A program made the position numbers and the translations under genes. From positions 139 to 64,138 of the forward strand of contig CAZUEO010000009.1 of the NCBI GenBank assembly GCA_964619675.1: a DNA stretch of 64,000 bases. The letters run 5' to 3'. Shown piece by piece: positions 37,941 to 44,362 of this stretch (position 1 is the first letter of the stretch; each line of letters starts with the position of its first letter). Source of the stretch: an uncultured Planctomycetaceae bacterium (GTDB taxonomy: Bacteria > Planctomycetota > Phycisphaerae > Sedimentisphaerales > UBA12454). The notes under the pieces are model-generated. The model saw nothing but the letters and a program-made list of their open reading frames with translations. It had not been told where the DNA came from and searched no databases.

Positions 37941-39203
37941 TTATTTCCTTCTGTTCATTTCCCGAAACTGCCTGGGCGTAACTCCGACAAGTTCCTTGAA
38001 CGTCTGCGTAAAATAACTCTGATTATTATAGCCCGTTTCGAAACATATTTCAGTACAGTTTTTATTTGTGGATATTAAAAGTTCTTTTGCAAATTCAATG
38101 CGGGCATTTGTCAGGTAATCTACAATAGTAGCCCCTGCCTGCTCCCTGAAGACATGGCTTAATCTCGAAACGCTCAAATGAGCTGCTTTCGCGATATCCT
38201 TAAGGGTCATCTGCTCGCAGAAATGTGCCTTGATATATTCGATTGCAGGCCTGATTTGTAAAACTCTTTTACTGTCCTGCGCCGAATAAACCAGCTCGAT
38301 AAAATCGTCGAGTGCGCTGCCTATCCAGACGCACAAATCCTGCTGATTGTCGATTTGCATTGCTTTATTCATATATTCGAGATTTTTTTTGAGCAGGAAA
38401 TTCGCATCGACCCCGCCTTCTACGGCGCTTCTGCTCAGAACGCTCAGAAGCTCGAGCATTCTTGCCCTCAGAACTGCCAAATCGCCGGGGTCTTTCAGCA
38501 TAATACTTGCCAGAATCATATTAAGAATTTGCCTTGCCCCGATTCGGTCGCCGATTCTGACCTTGCTCATAAGCTGTTTTTCAGCCTCTATCGGGTACTG
38601 GCCCGCACCGCTTTCTTCCTTATGCTCGCGGATAAACTCGCCGATTTCAGACTGCTGCTGACTCCTCTGCTTTCGCCACTGAATAACATAAGGGTCCAGG
38701 CCTGTCGTCTCATACAGCAGCACCAACATAAATTCAGCAGCCTGATGAATCTTCCTTGCCGCGATAACCGGCAATTTCCTTATCGCCCGAACTATCTTCT
38801 CCTCGTCTATATGTGTCGGCCCCAGCCGTTTACTAATATCTTCAATCAGCACCGTATCCGGCGCATCCTGCAGGCACTTGCCGAAAAATATTCCGCCTAA
38901 AGGTTTATCCTTATCCATTGCAGGCACACAAGCCAGTGCAATTCCCGCATGGCAGATAGTAATATATGGCTGGCCGGTGCTGAAAGCTGCTCTGACGCTT
39001 CTCAACCTTTCCTGCCGGCAGCGTTTCCGGCCGACAGGGCTGTTTTGAACGATTCTGCAAAATTCCGGCCGGCAGTTTTTACCGCAAAAGCGCACAATCT
39101 CTTTGCCGCGTGCATCCGTAACTTCGATAGCCATACCGAACTTATTGCGGAAAACGGCCTCTGCTTTCGCAAAATCTTTTTCTGTAAATAGTGTTCTTTT
39201 CAT
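37941..39203 (-). CDS. AraC-family transcriptional regulator with N-terminal PocR-like sensor domain
   Basis: Cys-rich PocR-like N-terminus (FCGKNCRPEFCRIV...RCRQ) and a C-terminal AraC HTH (LKDIAKAAHLSVSRLSHVF...GYNNQSYFTQTFK). Its stop abuts the dxr start. Confidence 0.8.
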   Translation of the reverse strand: MKRTLFTEKDFAKAEAVFRNKFGMAIEVTDARGKEIVRFCGKNCRPEFCRIVQNSPVGRKRCRQERLRSVRAAFSTGQPYITICHAGIALACVPAMDKDKPLGGIFFGKCLQDAPDTVLIEDISKRLGPTHIDEEKIVRAIRKLPVIAARKIHQAAEFMLVLLYETTGLDPYVIQWRKQRSQQQSEIGEFIREHKEESGAGQYPIEAEKQLMSKVRIGDRIGARQILNMILASIMLKDPGDLAVLRARMLELLSVLSRSAVEGGVDANFLLKKNLEYMNKAMQIDNQQDLCVWIGSALDDFIELVYSAQDSKRVLQIRPAIEYIKAHFCEQMTLKDIAKAAHLSVSRLSHVFREQAGATIVDYLTNARIEFAKELLISTNKNCTEICFETGYNNQSYFTQTFKELVGVTPRQFREMNRRK

Positions 39204-39438
39204 CTGTTAATAAAAAACGGCTATAACTCTTGTCGGCCAATTATACGCTAAAAAAATAAATTTTAGCACTATTTTGCTAAAAATTCCGTAAGTATTTGAT
39301 TTTAAAAGTCTTATATAAGTAAAATTTTCACTTTTTAGAGTTTTCTTATACTTGTAAAAGGCTGAATTTTTGCATATAACTACTTTTATTAAATTGGGTT
39401 ACTACAGATTGTAGGATGGGCTTTGCCCATACGGCTTT

Positions 39439-39475
39439 CTGATAACCGATAACTGTAAACTGATAACTGATAATT
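39439..39475. repeat. GATAAC-run low-complexity repeat abutting a start codon
   Basis: ctgataaccgataactgtaaactgataactgataatt sits immediately before ATG 39476. Related copies are at 43661-43709 and, inverted, at 46126-46157. Confidence 0.8.
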
Positions 39476-40573
39476 ATGAAACCACTTTATATCAGCGCCA
39501 CCGGCCAGGACAGCGGCAAGACCAGCGTAATATGCGGCCTGATTCAGTATTTACGCCAGCATGGCCATAACCCCGGTTATTTCAAGCCTGTCGGCCAGCG
39601 TTACGTCCAGTACGAAGGCCACAACATTGACGAGGATGCCGTCCTTGCTCACCAGGCCTTTGGATTTGATGACCGCCCTTCTGATATGAGCCCCATAGCG
39701 GTCGCGGAAGGTTTTACAACCCAGTTTATTTTAAAGCCCGATGTTTCAGCCCTCGAAAAACGGATAATGGAAAGTTTTCAAAAGCTCAGGGAAAAACATT
39801 CGATGCTCATCGTGGAAGGCACAGGCCACGCAGGCGTTGGAAGCTGTTTTGGCCTGTCGAACGCCCGCGTCGCGCAAATGCTCGGTGCAAATGTCGTCAT
39901 AGTCTCATCAGGCGGCATTGGCAGGCCGATTGATGAAATCTCAATGTCGCTCGCCTTGTTTAAGGAATACAAGATTAACGTCATTGGCGTAATCCTGAAC
40001 AAAATTTATCCGCACAAATACGAAAAAATCCGTGCTATTGCCCCCAAAGGGCTGCAGCTAATCGGCACAAAGCTGGTTGGCAATATTCTTTACGACTCAT
40101 CGCTGTCGTTTTTCACTGTCGGCCAGGTAGCCGAGGAGTTTAACTACGATGTGCTGTGCGGCAGGCAATCGCTTTCCAACAAAATCGGCCATACCGTCAT
40201 TGCCGCGATGGAGCCGCAGAATGCATTGCATTATATCGAAAAAAACACCCTTATAATCACGCCTGGCGACCGCATTGACAACATATTGCTTACTTTGGCC
40301 TTGTCCGACTCGGCCGATTTTCATGATAAGATATGCAGCGGCGGCCTTATACTCACTGGCGGCTTAAAGCCCGATTCAACAATTCTGTCGCTTCTTTTAA
40401 AGAGCAGTATTCCGGTCCTTCTTACGGATGAGGATACTTTTACTGTTACAGCCAAGATGAAGGATTTGCATTTTAAGATTCGTTCTGACGATGTCGATAA
40501 AATCGCCCGCACTCACGAGCTTTTGCGCGACAACGTCGATGTCGATGTTATTCTTCAGAACTTATCTGCCTAA
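39476..40573 (+). CDS. phosphotransacetylase-family N-terminal-type protein (BioD-like P-loop + DRTGG domain)
   Basis: ISATGQDSGKTSV P-loop, VEGTGH, and a C-terminal DRTGG-like LIITPGDR..GGLILTGG. No Pta catalytic domain. Confidence 0.65.
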   Translation: MKPLYISATGQDSGKTSVICGLIQYLRQHGHNPGYFKPVGQRYVQYEGHNIDEDAVLAHQAFGFDDRPSDMSPIAVAEGFTTQFILKPDVSALEKRIMESFQKLREKHSMLIVEGTGHAGVGSCFGLSNARVAQMLGANVVIVSSGGIGRPIDEISMSLALFKEYKINVIGVILNKIYPHKYEKIRAIAPKGLQLIGTKLVGNILYDSSLSFFTVGQVAEEFNYDVLCGRQSLSNKIGHTVIAAMEPQNALHYIEKNTLIITPGDRIDNILLTLALSDSADFHDKICSGGLILTGGLKPDSTILSLLLKSSIPVLLTDEDTFTVTAKMKDLHFKIRSDDVDKIARTHELLRDNVDVDVILQNLSA

Positions 40574-40769
40574 GTGGTTAGCCTGCACCCCCGCGGTGCA
40601 GGGTTATTAAACAACGGTTAGCCCTGCCAACATTTATCCGCCTGCGGTGGATGGTGGGGCTTGTTTCAAATTTCGACTTTCTATTCCCCCTTCCGGGGGG
40701 TGTCGTTTTCACTTGGGAAACTTCTTTGTGCAGACGGGGGGAATTAAAAACATTTGTTCCCCTAACTCG

Positions 40770-41801
40770 TCAGGAAACCTTGTCATCCTTATTATCAGTA
40801 TTCTCCTTTTTCTTTTCGTCTGAAAATTTTCCCGCTGGCCCGCCTGCTGTGAACATTATTGCGAACCGCGTAACTAATGCACCCAAAAGAAGATATCCCA
40901 AAATCGCCTGCAACGCTATGAGTATATGCCCCCATATACTCTGTGCCTTCGCATACATATCACTAAAACCCAGCGTCATCGTAATTATGGAAAAGTAAAG
41001 CGCCCGCAAAGGCACTATCCAACACGGCACTTGAACACCGTTCCTATCCACAAATAAATTATCAATAATCCCTGTCGGTGATATCAGCCCCCAAAGATAG
41101 TAGATAATCGAAAAGATAAACACCAAAGATAAGAAAACTTTTACTATTCTTTTCTCAGATAAACCATAGTCACTCATCCACCAAAAAGTCTTAAAACCCC
41201 ATTTTAATTTCGAATGCTCCTTATACCAATCCTCCCAGTTCATCCGTCTTATATTATATTTCAGAAGCTGTTTTGTAGCTGGGTCAATTCTAATACTATC
41301 CAGTCCGACACCACTAAAATCAGTAAATCTACAATCTTTGTTATATCGATTAACTTTAAGTTCCCACAGATACGCCCCTTCCAGATGTGCAGAGAATAAA
41401 TCCGCACCCTCCAAATGGGCATCGGCTAAGTCGGCACCTTCCAAGTGAGCAAACTTTAACGTAGATTTTTCAAGATGGCAACCCATAAGGCTTGCGCCTT
41501 CTAAATGCGCCCAGCCCAAATTTGCACCACGTAAATACACATCACTTTTACCTTTTCGCGAAGTATCAACAGTATCATCATCATTTAAAAAATCGACACC
41601 GCTGCAGTTTAAGTGTACATCTTTTAGGTAACACTCACCAAGAGCAGCCCCCTCTAAAAGAATATCTTCATATTCATTTTTTTCTCTCCACTCATTCCAT
41701 TCGGCCATATCTTTTTTGTCGGAGCATTTTTTAAGCAGGTCGTATTGTTCTTGGCTGAATCTTGTTGGCTGATTTTCATTTTGGTTATTTTCTTCGCTCA
41801 T
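40770..41801 (-). CDS. pentapeptide-repeat protein fused to a two-TM ion-channel (K+-channel-like pore) domain
   Basis: AEWNEWREKN N-terminus. Tandem AHLEGA(D/S/Y)L pentapeptide repeats. C-terminal TM-pore-TM with FSIITMTLGFSDMY, which has GFSD in place of the canonical GYGD/GFGD filter. Confidence 0.8.
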   Translation of the reverse strand: MSEENNQNENQPTRFSQEQYDLLKKCSDKKDMAEWNEWREKNEYEDILLEGAALGECYLKDVHLNCSGVDFLNDDDTVDTSRKGKSDVYLRGANLGWAHLEGASLMGCHLEKSTLKFAHLEGADLADAHLEGADLFSAHLEGAYLWELKVNRYNKDCRFTDFSGVGLDSIRIDPATKQLLKYNIRRMNWEDWYKEHSKLKWGFKTFWWMSDYGLSEKRIVKVFLSLVFIFSIIYYLWGLISPTGIIDNLFVDRNGVQVPCWIVPLRALYFSIITMTLGFSDMYAKAQSIWGHILIALQAILGYLLLGALVTRFAIMFTAGGPAGKFSDEKKKENTDNKDDKVS

Positions 41802-42190
41802 TTTTGTCCCTGTTTACCTGTTAAATCTATCAAATTTATAACCGCAGGTATGTTGATATTTATTTCACTGCACCAGCGAACCCAGATTGGCACATAACCT
41901 TTGTTATATGCGTGAAGGAGTTTTTTCAAGGACCACTTTTTGTTGCTGCTGTCAATCTCTATCGCGTATTGCTTTCCATCAGAGCTTTTAATTATCATAT
42001 CTACAAGCCCTTTGTGTCCATCTGCTTTTCTTCTTAATCCCAAAAACACTTCTTTTTCGCATTCAAGTCTCTGCTCACGGACAAAGTTTTCTATTGATGA
42101 AGTGATATTTTCTGTACCTCCGTTTCTGTTGCCCCTGCCGTATGAATTTAAATCAGTTTTCTTTAAACAATGCTCAAGCAAATCTATCAT
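41798..42190 (-). CDS. small Vsr/DUF559-like PD-(D/E)xK-fold protein (putative)
   Basis: 130 aa. FLGLRRKADGHKGLVDMII...YAIEIDSSNKKW fits the RRx...D...(E)xD..K layout of restriction-endonuclease-like folds. ATGA overlap with the downstream channel gene. Confidence 0.45.
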   Translation of the reverse strand: MIDLLEHCLKKTDLNSYGRGNRNGGTENITSSIENFVREQRLECEKEVFLGLRRKADGHKGLVDMIIKSSDGKQYAIEIDSSNKKWSLKKLLHAYNKGYVPIWVRWCSEININIPAVINLIDLTGKQGQK

Positions 42191-42252
42191 TTTTATTTTT
42201 TTACCTTAATTTTTAATTCTCTTCTGTATCCTGTATTCTGAATTCTTATTTC

Positions 42253-42281
42253 ATTTTCCCTCTACCTGCTCTTTTTGTCAA
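42253..42281 (-). promoter_or_regulatory. candidate promoter for the 41798..42190 / 40770..41801 pair
   Basis: On the minus strand: TTGACA (42281-42276), 17-nt spacer, GAAAAT (42258-42253). Confidence 0.3.
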
Positions 42282-42693
42282 CAAATACGTTGCGATGTTT
42301 AAAAAGCCTCTTTTTGACCCGTAAAAACAGCGTTTTTATTTCTACTCTGTGTCCGGAGTTTACCCCGCCTGCCCTGTGAAGTGTCGCAACTACTTTATCG
42401 GGGTGAGATGTCGCACTTATCTCATCGGGGTGTTTCTTCGGTTCGGAGCCTGCCCCTGCGAAAGCAGGGGTGGTTAAAAATCTCCGCCGCAGGCGGCTCA
42501 TACAACTAGCGACTAACAACCAGCGACTAATTATCGCAGCCCTCGGCCGGCAACTGCAATTTTCCTTGTCCCGCATCTATTAGGCTCCTGCCGTGAATAG
42601 GTGCGGGATTTCTCCGCCTTTGGCGAATCCGCGGTTAATTTTTGATTTTTAAACTGTGGTTTTGGGCTTTTAGCTTTAACTTTTAAGTTCCAT

Positions 42694-42832
42694 TGCTCTC
42701 TGCATCTTTGATTGATAATTATCAACTATCATCTTTAGGTTCAATTTTTGATTTTTAATATGTCATTTTGCATTTTAATTTTTGATTTTTGATATTCTTT
42801 AATAGCGACTAACGACCAGCGACTAACGACTG
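42694..42832. repeat. composite repeat unit A+B, copy 1
   Basis: A module at 42694-42764, containing the perfect palindrome TTGATAATTATCAA (42712-42725). B module at 42761-42832 (tgtcattttgcattttaatttttgatttttgatattcttta...ctaacgaccagcgactaacgactg). Confidence 0.9.
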
Positions 42833-42962
42833 ACTTTCTTGCCTTTGATTGATAATTATCAACTATCGCTTTTTTTAAAAAATCCGCCGCATGGCGTAAG
42901 CCATCCCATAGGGAGGCGGCTCCACAAATCTTCAATCTACAATCTTCATTCTTCAATTCTGC

Positions 42963-43033
42963 TGCTCTCTGCATCTTTGATTGATAATTATCAACTATCA
43001 TCTTTAGGTTCAATTTTTGATTTTTAATATGTC
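42963..43033. repeat. A module copy 2 (71 nt, identical to 42694-42764)
   Basis: Perfect 71/71 direct repeat 269 bp downstream of copy 1, with the palindrome at 42981-42994. A short A core (ctttgattgataattatcaactatc) also occurs at 42843-42867. Confidence 0.95.
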
Positions 43034-43138
43034 GTTTTTATATTTTATTTTTTAGTTTTTATTTTATTACTACTCCTTTGCTTGACACTTGCCTGCCTTA
43101 GGCGGGTATCATTCTTCGCCTCAATTATAAATTCCTCA

Positions 43139-43344
43139 GCCACTATACTTGTATGCAGTATACTGCAATGCAGCATAGTGGCAACGTTCATTTGCTTTAG
43201 GGCATAACTGCGCAGCAGATTGCTTCAACTTTGACGATTTTGTCGGCAAAGATTCGGATTTGAAATCCTGCGGGCAAACTCGTTTGCTAAGCAGGTTGAT
43301 AATCTGAATTTAAGCTACCCTTAGGGTTGTTTAGTTGAAGCAAT
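43139..43344. ncRNA. candidate structured RNA (unclassified) in the only non-repetitive part of the desert
   Basis: Nested perfect stems: GCCACTAT (43139-43146) / ATAGTGGC (43175-43182), enclosing palindrome TGCAGTATACTGCA (43154-43167). A 12-bp stem ATTGCTTCAACT (43219-43230) / AGTTGAAGCAAT (43333-43344) encloses CCTGC/GCAGG (43267-43271 / 43291-43295) around GCAAAC/GTTTGC, plus ACCC-tta-GGGT (43317-43327). Strand and ends are unknown. Confidence 0.25.
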
Positions 43345-43489
43345 ACTCTGTGTGTTCTGTGAGCTCTGTGACTAAATTGATTTATTCTTCGTGTCCTTCG
43401 TGAGCTTCGTGGTGAAAAAATATGAGAACAAGGTCTCGGCTATTGGCCGAACTCCACAAATTTTGAATTTTAAACTTTCGTTTCTCCCT

Positions 43490-43612
43490 GTCTTTGCTTG
43501 ATAGTTATCAACTATTATTTTTTGTCCGCAATTTTTGAATTTTGATTTGTCATTTTGCATTTTAATTTTTGATTTTTGATATTCTTTACTAACGACCAGC
43601 GACTAGCGACTG
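43490..43612. repeat. composite repeat unit A'+B, copy 3 (divergent A, conserved B)
   Basis: Variant palindrome TTGATAGTTATCAA at 43498-43511. B module at 43548-43612: its first 41 nt are identical to 42761-42801 and its last 24 nt match 42809-42832 at 23 positions; the 42802-42808 segment is absent. Confidence 0.85.
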
Positions 43613-43713
43613 CATAATCCGTGGTTACTTCCCAAACTCAACTGAAATTGTCCGCAAAAACCGATAACAAATAACCGAATTTCTGATAACCGGTAACTGA
43701 TAACCGATATCTA

Positions 43714-43905
43714 TTTTTTACAAAATGCGCACGTTTTTTTACAAAACGCGCATTTTTTACCATTCAAAATCAGCGTAATCCGTGTAATCCGCGGTTAATT
43801 TACAAAACGCGCACGTTTTTCGACCGAATGCGCAATTTTCTACCCTCATTTTTGGGCTGATTTTTTAAAACATGCGCAAAATGCAAAAAAACATGCGCTT
43901 TTTGC
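43714..43905. repeat. cluster of six A-run/GCGCA/T-run mini-palindromes
   Basis: tacaaaatgcgcacgttttttt (43719-43740), acaaaacgcgcatttttt (43741-43758), ttacaaaacgcgcacgttttt (43800-43820), gaatgcgcaatttt, aacatgcgcaaaatg, aacatgcgctttttg. Confidence 0.8.
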
Positions 43906-44320
43906 AAAAAAAAATCGTTCCTAACTCCTTTATTTCGATAAAAAGTTAAGTACTTACGTCAAAATTCCCAGCGCAATTAAATGACTTACAACGATATTTT
44001 GCGCAACCGCAACCGATTGACGCAAATTTTCACCTGTTCTAATTTCAATTTTCGACTCTCGATTTTCGATTTTTCTCTTCCGACCCTTCCTTTGGTACTC
44101 CTGACCCGATATCGTCGCTGTTTGGTTTCAGAGGCGCCATTTTTGAGGTAAAAACGCCCATTTTTAAGGGGTTGAAGAATTTTAAACTTGTCCTCGCGAA
44201 GGCGGGGAAGTGGTCTCAAGCAGCTTTTACCCTCTAAATAGCACAATAGTTCAAAAAAACTGTTTACTGTTTATATCTAATCTCACGTTTTTAAGCGAAA
44301 ATTGCCGTTATAAAGTAATA

Positions 44321-44351
44321 TCTCTGTGTTTTCTGTGCCCCTGTGGCTAAA
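44321..44351. repeat. CTCTGTG...CTGTGGCTAAA element directly upstream of fhs
   Basis: tctctgtgttttctgtgcccctgtggctaaa ends 11 nt before ATG 44363. Relatives: 43346-43376, 46219-43 (before folD), and variants at 46165-46185 and 43386-43420. Confidence 0.8.
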
Positions 44352-44362
44352 GGATTACATAA

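Noticed and set aside
40651-40998. 115-aa plus-strand ORF
   Set aside because: It overlaps the 3' end of the pentapeptide/ion-channel gene on the opposite strand and covers the hairpin-rich intergenic region. It has no SD and no motifs.
42707-42730. Fur box interpretation of TTGATTGATAATTATCAACTATC
   Set aside because: It shares GATAAT/ATTATC hexamers with the Fur consensus, but the dyad is 7+7 with no central spacing, not the 7-1-7 or 19-bp layout. By my hand alignment only about 12 of 19 positions match. All four copies are embedded in a repeated element far from any iron gene.
43082-43112. TTGACA...TATCAT promoter driving the candidate ncRNA
   Set aside because: The spacer is 19 nt, and the spacer itself is a CCTGCC-tta-GGCGGG REP-type hairpin. 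It is kept only as a weak possibility.
42920-43470. tRNA/tmRNA-like 3' ends suggested by the recurrent GGCGG(A/C)TCCACAA
   Set aside because: There is no T-arm (GGTTCGAATCC-like) and no acceptor-stem complement. The motif ends CACAA rather than CCA and belongs to a dispersed repeat family.
42694-43612. Possible CRISPR array
   Set aside because: The repeats are 65-72 nt or 24 nt with irregular spacing (269 bp, about 130 bp, about 520 bp). The intervening sequence is itself repetitive, and there are no cas genes in the window.
42262-44246. ORFs 42262..42576, 42531..42725, 42741..43013, 42839..43027, 43372..43560 and 43986..44246
   Set aside because: All are translations of dispersed repeats, giving peptides such as IVDNYQSK, TPAFAGAG and SKIESRKLK. 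They have no SD and no domain signature, and they overlap one another on both strands.
42191-44362. Replication origin (oriC)
   Set aside because: I saw no TTATCCACA-type DnaA boxes, since the GATAAC runs do not match. No dnaA, dnaN or gidA neighbours are present. GC-skew cannot be evaluated from one window, so this is left only as a check under the GCGCA-motif finding.
44247-44362. ZTP (pfl) or THF riboswitch upstream of fhs/folD
   Set aside because: Neither the conserved pfl pseudoknot core (CCGCCTGGGC-type) nor THF-riboswitch features are visible. The leaders consist of dispersed repeat modules.
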